A program made the translations under genes and the position numbers. The notes beneath the pieces are model-generated. The model was not told where the DNA came from. It saw nothing but the letters and a program-made list of their open reading frames with translations, and did not search any database. Below, piece by piece: positions 1 through 12,234 of a stretch of 64,000 nt of DNA (position 1 is its first letter; each line of letters starts with the position of its first letter). The stretch is from Felis catus. Its lineage: Eukaryota. The DNA is taken from positions 103,480,001 to 103,544,000 of the forward strand of contig NC_058373.1 of NCBI RefSeq assembly GCF_018350175.1, in the 5' to 3' direction.

Positions 1-372
1 TTGGTCAGGGGCCTAGAAGGGGAAAGAGCAAATGGGGGACAAGGAAGTCTGAGGAGGAGGGGGCCAGCTGGAAGAGAGAATGTCATGTGAGGAAGGGGCG
101 CCAGCCTCCAGGATGTAGGGTACATCCCGAATCAACAACCATTCAATGGCCATGCCAATTGTAAAGGTCTGGCCTGGCCAGTTCAGAATAACTTTACAGG
201 GCCATCCAGACCCAAAGCTCACCATGGGATTACCTGAGGCTTTTCTGGTGACCGTATCACAGTTTTTCTTCCAGTCCTGATTCTTCCACTGTTTTTCTGC
301 CCAGTCCTGCTTCCTTCACTACCGCATAGGCATTGATCTTGAGCATACTCCCCAGGAAACCACCTACATGCA
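1..372 (+). mobile_element. ERV-L LTR (LTR16-like), partial; putative 5' LTR
   Basis: Resembles the second LTR at 1102-1527 (TGGCCATGC...AGGTC, CCAGTCCTGCTTCC..CAC, CACCTACATGCAA) and abuts ERV-L internal sequence. Confidence 0.55.
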
Positions 373-955
373 AGCCAACAGAATACACACAGTCTTAGGA
401 ACCCAGAGGGAGAAGTGGGAGTGGCCCCACTTTCTCTCAATACCAATGACTTAGAAAACATGTAGGTTTTGACCCCATAGCTCTGGGTCCTGTGGTTTAG
501 AGTTCTCAGGGGGAAATGCTACCACCACAGGACATAGCAAGCAACCCACTAAAACTTGGGCTATGGCTTCCACCTGGTTACTGCAAGCTTCTTATGCCAA
601 GAAGCCTGCACACGAGGAGAGGAGTCACCATGCTCGCCGGGTAATTGATGCTCATCATCAAGAGGGCATAAGGCTGCTATCACATGACGGGGACAGGAGA
701 GAACTGCTGTGACACCCAGGTGATCTCCTGCTTCCTGATACTTTCTTGCCCAATTTTGATGGTGAGTGGACAGGTGCAGCATCTGTCATTCAAGAAGTGT
801 GTGGTGACCAGGAGCTCAAGCCTCTCGGGGAGGAGGGCATGGGCCACCCACCAGGTAAAGCTAGAGAGATGCTAGAGTAGAGAGGTTCTAGAATGGATGA
901 TGAAAGAGGGGAATGATGAGTATCAGTTATACCCACGCAGAGGCAGGAGTTGTAG
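373..955 (+). pseudogene. ERV-L internal relic: pol C-terminal region with dUTPase, frameshifted
   Basis: Hand translation across frameshifts: GEMLPPQDIASNPLKLGLWLPPGYCKLLMPRSLHTRRGVTMLAG/VIDAHHQEGIRLLSH...FLILSCPILMVSGQVQH...WAT/PGK...EWMMKEGNDEYQLYP, matching ERV-L motifs LPPG-FGLL, GVTVLAGVID-DY, WVTPPGK, EWVVEEG..YQL. Confidence 0.8.
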
Positions 956-1101
956 TTCGTGCTACCAAGTTTTGTCCCTGAAGTTTTTCCCAGGAAAAAC
1001 TGTCCAGTTTTTCCCAAGTTTGTCCCTTCTGTATCTTGGATGAACTGGCCCCAGAAGATAGTGTAGGAAGTGAGGGGGTGGGAGCAGTGGGAAGCCTGGG
1101 C

Positions 1102-1527
1102 TGCAGAGGGTGCGGTGATGCCCCGCCCAGATCACCACCTCCAGACCCACTGCTCTCACTCACTCTTCCTGTGTTGGAGGCTGACTGGTTTCAGCCAAGT
1201 CCCTCTCCAGGACTTGCTGTGAAGACAGCCACCTGGACCAAGGTCACATTCCCCTCTCAGAGGCAGCCCACATTCAGTGACTGGCCATGCGGGAATATTG
1301 AGGTCCAGTCCCCTTCACCCCAATTCAGGGCAACTCTGCAGAGCCAGCCCAGCCTCAGGGCTCCCTGGGGGAGGAGCTGAGACCATCTTTGTGCATGCAT
1401 GGCAGATAGGCTTCTCCCATTGCCAATCCTACCTCCCCCACTCTTCCATGGGCCGCACCCCCCAACAAATCACCTGTGTGCAATCTCCGTCTTAGGTTCT
1501 GTTTTCTCAAGACCCCACCTGAGATCA
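1102..1527 (+). mobile_element. ERV-L LTR (LTR16-like); putative 3' LTR
   Basis: Starts TGCAGAGGGTGCGGTGATGCCCCGCCCAGATC shortly after a purine tract (1065-1083); ends ...TGCAATCTCCGTCTTAGGTTCTGTTTTCTCAAGACCCCACCTGAGA. Confidence 0.6.
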
Positions 1528-1690
1528 TCGCCACATGTATTTTCATAACTGGCATTTTTATTTACGAAGCCCCGTATGACTTTTAGTCTGACAGACAGGC
1601 CAGTGTAAGCTAAGCCGATAGGAAACCAGAAAAAAAGAAAGGAGCTATTATTTGGTCTGTCACCTAATAATTCAGTGGTCAAGTCTTGTG

Positions 1691-1691
<1 letters not shown>

Positions 1692-1725
<34 letters not shown>
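1692..1725. repeat. (CA)17 microsatellite
   Basis: Pure CA run. Confidence 0.97.
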
Positions 1726-1729
<4 letters not shown>

Positions 1730-3266
1730 TGTGAAATTCAAATTCTTACAGCTTCTTACTGAAAAAAAAAAAAAAAAATAGAACAATCCACTTGGATGAA
1801 GCCAGCATTGTTGGAAATATCTCTTACCCTGCCACCAGCTCTGCGCTCTGCCCAGGGGCAGAGACTGATGGTTTCCAACAGGAAGGTCCAACCAGAGCCA
1901 GTTCCTAAGCCAATCAGAACAATCTCAGAATATGCATGAGATTTAGAATTAGGTTCTTAAGCTTAGTGGTTGCTGCTTAAGGAGCCACGGTTTTCTTAAG
2001 TAACTTTCTTTGTTTGTTCCATGCAGCAAAGAGCTTTTGTCCTGGTTCACGAACTTCTCTTTCCTCCTTGGCCTGGAGCTGCCATGAACCCTAGCCCTCT
2101 AGTTCAACTCCATGACCATCTGCTTACTCCCTTCTCCCTACAGAGCTGCATACTGTTTTTACACATGCCCACCTCCCTGTACCTCAGCTTGAAGCTGCTG
2201 TGCTTCAGTCCACATGGACCCCATCCCTTCTTACAAGGAATTGCTATTATCTATGTGCTAAGAGATGTTCTCTCCATCCAGAGATAAAATTGCACCAGTT
2301 AGACTACTTGAATAGTAATACCATCCCAGGGGGACCTGAATGTCTGATGTTCCCAACGCATTACCTCTGGGATCCTGCTCCTCTTCCTGAGAGGCCACTG
2401 CTGTAGCTGGATCATCCCCCTGGTCCTGACCCCTGTGGATTCCAGCTTATTGTCACTTCCCTCACAGTGCACAACTGGGGGTCCACTGTAGCTTGTAGCT
2501 GGTCCACAACTGGCTTGCAAAGAAATTTCAGTAGGGATACACTTGGAAAACATACCCCCATGCAATCTTACCCTGGCTTGTATTTTTCGGTCACATGCCA
2601 GATTGAGTTATGTTTTGACATGGGGACAACGATATGTATTTTTTTCTCACCCTCAAACCTTTTGAAATTAAAGATCACTTCACATAAAGCGCACACCTGG
2701 CCCAAAAATGGCCCAAAAATGGCCATTGAAACCTTGGAAAATAGTAGCTTAACTTGAACAATTCAAGTCTTTATTCCTTTTCCTCTTGTGAAAGCTGTAA
2801 CTTCGGAGAAATTTCACACTTTCATTTTCTGCCAGTACAATTCTAGATCTTAAAGTTCTGGGGGGATATTGATTTTACTGATATAGTAACTATTTCTGAA
2901 GGTTGAATCTCTGATATATTTCAGAATCTAGGGGTGGGGAAAATAAGGGAGTTTCATCTAGACATTTGCTTATTTCCAAAATCAGTAAGGCACAGGAGTT
3001 AAGTTCCCATGGCAGTGATCATGTGAGACTAAGAAGTCCACTTCTGTCTGCTCTCTACTTTTTGTGTGACTTAGTTTCTGCAAATAACACCTTGTGTCAC
3101 ATTTACCCAATTGTCTCGTGTAATTAGGGTTTGATACTCACCTCCCTGTTGAGAAGAGGATTTAAGAAAAGAGCATCATTTGCAAGCTATCCTATAAATA
3201 TTGCCAGAGGATCTATTCTGAATGGAATAGGCTGTATTTAATCCTAAAAGAAATGTAGAATTTTTT

Positions 3267-3629
3267 AGTCAAGATGTCTGTGGTGCTGTTTTCTGCTCTG
3301 GAGGCTCTGGGAGGGAATCTGTTTCCTTGCCTTGTCTAGTTTGTAGAAGTTGCCTGCACTCCTTGGCTTGTGAACCCCTTCTATCTTCAGAGTCAGCTGG
3401 GCTTGTCCAGTCTTTCTCAAATCTCATCACTGACACTGGCTACCTTAGCTCCCTCTTTTGCTTATAAGCACTCTTGGGATTACATCCCACCTACCCAGAT
3501 AATCCAGACCCATCTCCCCATCTGAAGGTTCCTGATTACACCTGCAAAGTCCCTTTGCTGTGTAAGGTAATACTGCGCAGGGTCTAGGGAGGAGGACGTG
3601 GACATTTTGGCGGGGGGAGCATTGTTCAA
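3267..3629 (-). mobile_element. MaLR LTR (MLT1C/D-like), partial
   Basis: GGAGGCTCTGGGAGGGAATCTGTTTCCTTGCC...CCCAGATAATCCAG...CCTGCAAAGTCCCTTTGC...GGACGTGGACATTTTGG. Confidence 0.75.
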
Positions 3630-3814
3630 TGATATTGAAGCATAAACAATTTTATGTATTTTAAGTATGTTAAATATGTCCATATTTTATAAGTCAGAAA
3701 TTAACTCCTGAGGAAATTTAAAGAGTGGCTAAGGTTAGTCTAGAGGGCCCCATGCCACTCCATTGTTTGGTCACAACTCATCTGACTTCTTAAAAAAAAA
3801 AAAAGAGTAATGTT

Positions 3815-4025
3815 GGGGCGCCTGGGTGGCTCAGTCCGGTGAGCGTCCAACTTCCGCCCAAGTCACGATCTGTGGTTCGTGAGTTCTAGCCCATGTCGGA
3901 CTCTGTGCTGACAGCTCAGAGACTGGAGCTGCCTCAGATTCTGCCTCTCCTTCTCTCTCTGCCCCGCCCCTGCTCATGTTCTGTCTCTCTCTCTCTCTCA
4001 AAAATAAATAAAAAACGTTTAAAAA
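3815..4025 (+). mobile_element. Can-SINE (SINEC_Fc); tail interrupted by the next SINE
   Basis: GGGGCGCCTGGGTGGCTCAG head, CT tract, AATAAA tail; TSD AAAGAGTAAT at 3802-3811 and 4259-4268. Confidence 0.95.
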
Positions 4026-4240
4026 TTTTCTCTTAATGTTTATTTTTATTTTTGAGACAGAGGGAGACACAGCGTGAGTGGGGGAGGGGCAGAGAGAGAA
4101 AGGGAGACATGGAATGGGAAGCAGGCTCCAGGCTCCGAGCTGTCAGCACAGAGCCCGAGTTGGGCTTGAACTCGCGAACCACGAGATCACGACCTGAGCC
4201 GAAGTCGGATGCCTAATCGACTGAGCCACCCAGGCACCCC
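4026..4240 (-). mobile_element. Can-SINE nested in inverted orientation in the tail of the previous copy
   Basis: Reverse-complement body ending CTGAGCCACCCAGGCACCCC. Confidence 0.95.
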
Positions 4241-6464
4241 TAAAAAAATTTTTTTTTTAAAGAGTAATTTTTCTGGATCTGAGACATAGATGACTACATA
4301 CATTTGTCGCCTTCACTTTGCCAATTCCCCCTTTTATTTAATTCTGTGGAGACCTGGCACATTGCCCTTGGAACCCGGCCACTCCTTAAAATACTGCCAA
4401 TTGGGGATTGGATGAGAAAGATTATGAGATGTTTGCTCGAGATAGTGCGGCTCGGTTGAAGGCATATTACAACATCACCAGCAAATAATGAGATTAAAAA
4501 AAAAAAAAAGCATTTATGTGGGGGGTTTGTTTAAGACCAAGTTGACCCCTCCCCACGTTGCTTTAGCACGGTGATGGCTCTCCCTGTGGGTTAGGGTTGC
4601 CGCAGGTCTATTTCCAGCGCTCCCGGTAGGAGCTGACTCCATGCAGCCAGCAGCTGCCCCCGTGCGTCAGGAATGTCCCGTAGCTCACCATGGAGAATCA
4701 GGACTTAATTCGTTTACTCTGGCTCCTCCGGGCCTCTCCCTGCCAACACAGCTGCAGTACAGCTCCTCCATCTAGAAACCTGGCAGCCGTCCCAGCTGGA
4801 TGCCACCTGCCAACACTTTCCTGAAGCCCAGCCAGAGGAGGAGAGAACAGGAGGACGGGGGGCTGAGGAGGGAGGGAAGAGAAAATGCAAATCGAATTTC
4901 ATTGGCCTGTAGCCCCCTTAGATCTCCATGCTCCCAGAGGTGGTGACACACTTGTATTCAGCGGCCATCACCGGTCTTGCTCGTAAAAGTCCGATTTCGA
5001 TGTGGGCACGCTTTCCTGAGTGCCGCGAGTCTCTGGAATTACCCTAAACTTCCTCTTTGCTTTGCAGTGATGGAGAAGTAGGAACACCCCACTGACAGGA
5101 ATGGTAGCCTCCCATGCAGAAGCGGGGTGAGTTGGCGTTCTTACGTCTCTTCACTAATATGCTAATCATTCAGTCATGTACCTTCTTTTCATCTCCATAA
5201 TGAGCCACAGGGCTGCCCAACTTTTCTGGGATGAGGACCTCTTGTTAATGTCAAATTTTACAGCCTCCCACACTATAGTAGATGTACTTTTAATATCCGT
5301 TGATTTAAAAATATGTGAGTTTGGTACGCTTTTGGAAAAGTCTGTGTTTTGTTAATCACAACAGTATCTGATAACATTTAAAAACCGGGGAGGACAGACT
5401 GCTGCAGGACCTGGCCCAAAGTATGTAAATATTGGTGATGAATAAAGACAGTGCTTGTTGCAAAAATGGATTCATGGGCCTCTTTACAATAACTCAACAC
5501 CCTAGAGGGGAGTGACTACCAGAAGGGGGATCCATTGGAGGGCAACAGGGATCTAACTTGCCCAGTTTTGTGTGAGCAAGGGCTGGGGCTGAGAGCAGTC
5601 AGTCAGCTCTTTCCAAGAATGTATATGCCCTCGGGAGAAAGACTGCCTATTCCGAACAGGCCCACCCACAGGAAACCACATTGTTGAGATCCTCCTTTCA
5701 TGGTTCAGAATCCTTCAAAACAAACAACGCTTACCCTGTGGGCTGGGACTTCAGTTATACCCTTTTGATTTATATTGCAGACCTTATAGGGAAAAGTGAC
5801 CCCATAGCAGCTGGAGCTAAGAGGGGAAACTATCCAAGTAGATGAGACCCCAGCCAGGACAGCCAGCTCCAGTCCACCAAAGGGATCTCCCCAAGGGAGA
5901 GTGACTTCAAGTTCTCTGCTATCCCACAAATAAGCTGGGGACCAAAGAGGTGTGTGAAGAAACATCTAGCTAGAAAAGAGACTGACAAAGTATTTAGAAA
6001 CCGGTAGGGTGTGGTGATACATTCCTGTGTATCCGCCTGGACAACTAGCCAGAACTCTCAAGATTTTCTAACGCCCTCCCCGTTTTCCCCCACTGAGGAG
6101 TAAGCATTAACCCTTTGGTTGCTGGATCGGTGAGGAGGAAGGGTTCCAAGGTGGTTAGGTGGTCACATAGGGACTCGGTGCAGTGGTAACTTAGCAATCA
6201 GTAGGAAAGCATTTCGGTATTTTACAACTGGAAAAGCTACATCTTTGCATACTGGCTGCTGAAGTTTATAATCAAGAACTCTAAAGTGGCTCATAAAGGG
6301 CTTGAGAGCCATGGGGAGAAACTATTGATAACATCCCATCGCTTTCTTTATTTTCTCTCACTGTTACTACAGCAAGTTAAAACCCAGACTCTCTTCTCCT
6401 GAAAGAATGAAACTTCTAGGTACTTCTTTGAATCTTTTCCCGAGGTTCAAAGAGAAATTAACTC

Positions 6465-6660
6465 TGAGTCCAATGCCTACTATGTGCCAGCACCTGGGCT
6501 CAGAGTTTTATATACATGGCTTCATTCCCCCTCATGACCACCGTCTGGGCGGGTAGTTATTACTCCCATCTTATAGGTGAGGAGCCTGATGCCCAAGGTC
6601 ACACATCTAGTAAAGGGTGTATCCAAATTCCACTCACATCTACTTGACTCCTGAGCTGGC
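6465..6660 (-). mobile_element. MIR
   Basis: GCCTACTATGTGCCAG...CCCATCTTATAGGTGAGGAG...CCCAAGGTCACACA core. Confidence 0.7.
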
Positions 6661-9229
6661 TCCATTCCTTCCCACCATATCACACCATAGTTTTGAATGT
6701 TTTCCTGTAAACTATTGGGGGCTACAGTTCTCCAGGTGGGCATTTGGGCTGTATATTGATCAAACAAGCCCACTGTTTTCCTTTAACCCCCCTTCCCAAA
6801 CCAACCCTTCTCATATAATAATATTCACTTTATTTTCGTTTATTAACTAGCATGCCATTAATCAACCTAATTGCATTGAAGTTCGTACTTTTAATGGAGC
6901 AATGAATGGAGCCACATTTAATTTATTTGAAATACGAGCTTACTGGATATAATAAGGCCTTTCAGCCTTAACTTTTTCATTTAGATCTTATTATCCAAGG
7001 CAAGAAACAGTTCAATTAAAGACACAAACATATGTACATACACATAGACATTCCCCAAAAGATAACAGTTTCGGTAATTCTGCAAGATCTCCTTGGGTTT
7101 TCTTCTAAAGCATTTTCCATGGAAATCAATTTCATGGACTTGTTAATGTGAGCAAGTGCCTCATGATAAAGATTACATCCTTTCATGAAACCTTGCCAGC
7201 CCCCATTACTCCTCAGCCTTTTTATCTTCTGTTTGTTGATAATGTAGTGTTATAAATGCCCATCAAATACAAATCAATAATGATAAATGTCTGTTCCCAA
7301 TTAATTTTATCTAACATCTGATACACACCAGATTGCTGAGTGCAATTGCAAAGCCTTTCTGGTGGGGAGGGAGGGTCTGTGGAACAAAATGCCTTTGTTT
7401 CTGATTCTAGCCTTCCTGTCCCTTTCCAGAGTGTGCTCAGCCTCATGCGATGTGTCCGTATTTCATCCTCCATAGTGAAAAAGGCAAACAGCCATCATCT
7501 TTCTGGGGCTGTGTGTGCAGGAACTACATGGATGAAAACGAGCTGTGTAGGGATTCAATGCACTCTACCTGCAAAATGACAACAGTTGTGGCTTTTCTAT
7601 CCTTTTGGGTCCAAACAAGGAGCAGAATGGTCTGTAGCTAATATTTTAGGATTTGATGCAACAGCTGGTAGACTGTATTTCTTTTACTCTGGGAAAAGAT
7701 TTAAAGCTCTAGGTCCTGGATGGGAAGTATCTTATCTGGACTTCTTATAAACATATAACTCTTCAGTTTCCCCCCCCCCCACCCCCCACCACCTCAAGTT
7801 CATCAATCATATTGAATTTTAAAAGATATCCCTATTGTCCTACTTTAATGTAATGTAATTTTATTTATTAAACGTATTATATAGTATTTAATTGAATAGT
7901 ATAGTATTTAATACATTAAAAAAAAAGAACAAGGAAAAATATAAAAGTTACCCCTGTATCCACCACTCAGCTCACGAAATAAAACACTGGGAACAAAGTT
8001 AAATTCCCAGTAGGTTCCATGCCTTCTTGATAGAGCCTGTTATTCCTAAGAGGTTATTTCCTGAGAGACTGGGGACCCGGATGCTTGGCTCTGCACCTCT
8101 TTGCAAAGCCATGGAAATGACCCTTGTGTCTCCAGCCTCTGTGCTGTCAGAGTCAGGGGTGATCACGTGGTTTTCGAGGTTTTATGTTCGCCATGTAGTG
8201 TCTGCACCTTGGCTATGACTTCTGGGCATTTTTCCTCCGGCCTCATTGTCAGATGGAAATGCACATATCTTCCCATGACTGCCTCTTCCAGAGTGTTCAG
8301 TGTGAGAGCCCCAAACTCTTAACCATAGTTCTGCATTATGGCTGGCCAAAGAGGCCAAGGGTTGCTGGGAAAGCTCTCTGGACTTGAGACAGACTTGAAT
8401 TATTGAGGAAAAAGGGGTGCCACTGGCTCCTGAAGCCTCAGCCCTACAGTGACAACTGTGTGCTGCAGACTGACCCCAGTTTGAGCCGGTCCTGGGGCTG
8501 GGTGAATGTCCAGGTGTCTCTCCCCTTGGCTTCTTTTGAACATAATCGTCCCGGCTGGAGAGCTGTGGACCAGTGCTTCTTCAGGCCCCCATCTGAGTTC
8601 TCCCGTCATGGGTCATTTCTGGTGAAGACAGTACTCAGAATATTAACTGTCTTTTACATTATCCTGGGGACATGCATCTTAGGTAAAAATAATACATTCA
8701 GGCCCAGTGACTTTAAAGATAGGGGGAAAAATACAGAAAACTTGAGGAGTCATTTGCCCTGTTGCTCCTACATATTGCAGCCCAATAAACACATTCCTAT
8801 ACTTATTTATGGTGTAGACCACTCATTTTTCCTTACACGGGAATCTTATTAAAACAATAAATCAATGTTAACCTGGGTTTTAAATTGGCCCAATATGTTT
8901 AGAGAACTTGCTGGTTTAATTTTCCTATTTTTCATTTTCAGTTAACTAATTTCGTTTTCCCAGTTGGGATACCACAACCTTAGCATGTGGATTTATCTTG
9001 AAACCAGGAAGCCCTGACATACATCGCTGCCCAAACAAGAGGAATCCCAGCGTTCTATCCTATAATGAACAAGAAAAAAGCGTATATCCAGAAGATATCT
9101 ATCCTGATGATTGCAAAGTGCTTAAGCCTAGGCTCTGAGAAAAAGCACCAACTGCCTTCAAGTTCTTCTGGGTATTCTGTTCTATGTTTTCTTCACATCT
9201 CCTTTGACTGAAAATTTCCAGTGCATCTG

Positions 9230-9622
9230 TGTTTATGGACTGAATGTTTATGTCCCCCCCCCCAGCCCAAATTTGTATGTCGAAGCCCTAGCCCCAACAT
9301 AACTGTATTTGGAAATAGGGTAGGACCCTGATCCAGTAGGATTCGTGTCCTTATAAGAAGAGGCACCATCAGAGCACTCTCCTGTCCCTCTCTCCCTGTC
9401 TCCCTCTCCCTTTCCCTAGCACAGGCAAGAAAAGATCACGTGAACACAAAGCAAGATGGCAGCCACCTACAAACCAAGAGAAGAGGCCGCAGAATGAAAC
9501 CTATTTTGCCAACACCTTGATCTGGGACTTCCAGCCTCTAGAACTGTGAGAAAATAAGTTTCTGTTGTTTAAGCCATCCAGTTTGTGACAATTTCTTATG
9601 GTAGCCCAAACAGATTAAGACA
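9230..9622 (+). mobile_element. MaLR solo LTR (MLT1A-like)
   Basis: TG...TATGGACTGAATGTTTATGTCCCCC start; GGACTTCCAGCCTCTAGAACTGTGAGAAAATAAGTTTCTGTTGTTTAAGCCA; ends TAAGACA. Confidence 0.85.
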
Positions 9623-12234
9623 CCCCCCCCTCCCCCAGCAATGTTTTCCCAGAAACATGGCAACAATTGCTGGTGCCCCTCCCCCCCTTAAGGACTGCTT
9701 GGTGTCCCCACACATGGGTACGACTGGAGAGATCTTGGCTCTCTAAGGGGCCCACACCACCACAGCTTGAGGAGGATGCAACACAGCCCAAGGCCCCAGA
9801 GGATGACTGAGGACCAGATACTAAGGGAAGCTTTTTTTCAGCCATCAACCCCTAGAGGAATATGTGTGTGTGAGTGTGTATGTGTATGTGTGTGTGCGTG
9901 TATGTCTGTTGAGGGGTAACTTTTTCAAAGGGTCCATACTAGAAATGTCTTCGAGTTCAGGGCTGCGTGGGACTTGTTCTCCACCCTCAAGTATGCAACC
10001 AGAGTGTGAATGTTGGCCTTAGAAGATACCAGCTCAGTGAGGGCTGTATCTGGGGAAGCTGTTCGATTTCATGGAAAGAGCATTGGCTCTAGAGTCAGAC
10101 AAAGCTGGGTTCCAATTCAAGCTTTTTAGGGCATGCATCAAAATAGTGTAAGCAAAGGCTGTATTGGCTCATGTCACTGAAAAATCCAAGGAGTTGTTAT
10201 GCTTTCAGGCACAGCAACATCAAGGCCCTCAAAAGATGTTATTGGAAATCTGTGTTCTATCTTTCCATGCTATTTCTCCAATGGCTTCACTCTGGGGTCT
10301 TCCTCAGTAGCTATAGACTCATGTGATCCTTAGTACTCAGGATGGGTGGAGGAAGGAGAGAGTCTCTTTCCAAGGGGTACAACAAAGACTTGGTGACATT
10401 GCTGATTGGCCAATTCTAAATCACATATTCACCCCTGGGTGGGATGGGGCGGGTGGGGACTCCCAATTAAACCTGGAAGAGATGATACTGTTACTTAAGG
10501 AGGAAGTGATGCAAGTCAGGCCAAATCAACAGATGTCTACATAGACATTAAAGGACTGTGTGATTCTAAGCAAGTTGTTTAACCTCTTTGATCCTCAAGT
10601 TCCCCTTTTATAGAATGGTTATATGAGTACCTGCCACCAAGGAAGCTACACAAAGCTCAAGGCACAGAATGGAGGTGTAATAACTGTTAACTTTCTTCTT
10701 GCTTCCTTTTCCTGTTCTTGGCCTTCTCCTGGAGGCCGGGGAATGTACCAGGTTTGCCTTGACTGGTATTGAAGATGTCATGCTGTTTCAGGTTGGGGAT
10801 CCTTGAGCAGTATGAAGACTTCAGAATACACTCAATGGAGTTCCCTTGCCAGGGGTCTGTTGCATTTGGCAATGGTGGCCTCCAGGGCACATCGGACTCT
10901 GAGTTGGGCTCTTCTCTGGTTGGGCTCAGCCCTGGGACATCCGGAAAGGCTGGCGGAGGCCTTGCAAAGGGCAAGTGACGTCTGCAGTTGTCTGGAAAGG
11001 AGAGCTTACAACTGCAGCAGGTACCTCCTCATCAGTTTCTGGAACTCAAAATAAAATCCCTCGGTATATAGCGCTCCCCCAAGTAAACTAGGCTCTGTAC
11101 GAGATACGCAGCGCCCTTCAGAGCTGTGGGGCTTCTCAGCCAAACCGCTGCCCTACTTGAATTGGGCTTTGTGACCTCTGAAGAATCCTAATGTAAATTT
11201 ACCTCTGAAAATGCTTAAGAGAGCCTGCTTGAACACACTGGAATCATGCACCTGATCAGCTGGCAGCAGGGTTAAAACTGCCAGATCTGTTCTTCCCACC
11301 GCCACTTGCTCTCCCTCCCTAGCCATCCTCGCAACACCTTGCTGTTCCTTTATCCATAGGTTATAAGAGTACGGGACTCTGCACTCTCAGTTCCTAGATG
11401 TAGAGTGGCCAGGTCAGAGCATGGGGTCATCTGCCGACAACACTCAGGCCCACGGGAAGCAGGTCTGGCATCTTAGTGCCCTGACGTTGCATTTTTAAAG
11501 GTCGCCCACAGATTCTGAGGAAACCCAAAAGAGACTAAGAAAAGAAATATCACTTCCTGAATTTCTTTTAAGTCCCGGTACCTAGTGTCCCGAGATCCCC
11601 TTTTATTTATTCTGGGATCTTGACACAGGGTCTCATTTCCGTGGCTGCTATAGAAGATACCACAATAACTTTTGTGTGTATCTCCACAGATTTCAGCAAC
11701 ACCTTCCCAACCTCAATAAGAGGCTGTGGAGACAAATGAGATAACACATATGAAAATGTTAAGAGCACTTTGGTGGAGAAGTTCTATATAACCTGAAGGC
11801 AGCATTGTTATTAATGACAATGAACGTGGTCGTTGTCTCTTGGGCCACCAGTAGCTCAGAGCAGAGGTTATTTAGGGGCAACGGAAAGTTATCCTGGTAA
11901 TAACTTGGGAAAGGGGGCAAACTCAAGCTCCAGAATGGGAGAATGTGCTAGAAAACTTTTTCAATATGACATGTAAGTGGTGTTGAGACCGCTATCTCCT
12001 TCAGAGACAGTGATTTATGGGTAAAATTGCCAATGTTGGTGTGGTTCACAAAGATCTCAGTGTAAATGGAGACATATAAAGTCATCATAGAGATTCATAT
12101 CAATGGACCTAATGTGGCCACTTTGAAGGCTTCCGATTTATGTAATTTGGGTCTTTCATTTACAAATCCATTTCCTTGGGACAGTTTCATTTCGTGTAGT
12201 ATATGTTTGCTAATCTTTAAAGAGCTTCTTTTGA

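Noticed and set aside
8403..8852. 149-aa ORF (+)
   Set aside because: Non-ATG start, no recognisable motifs; length compatible with chance in 64 kb
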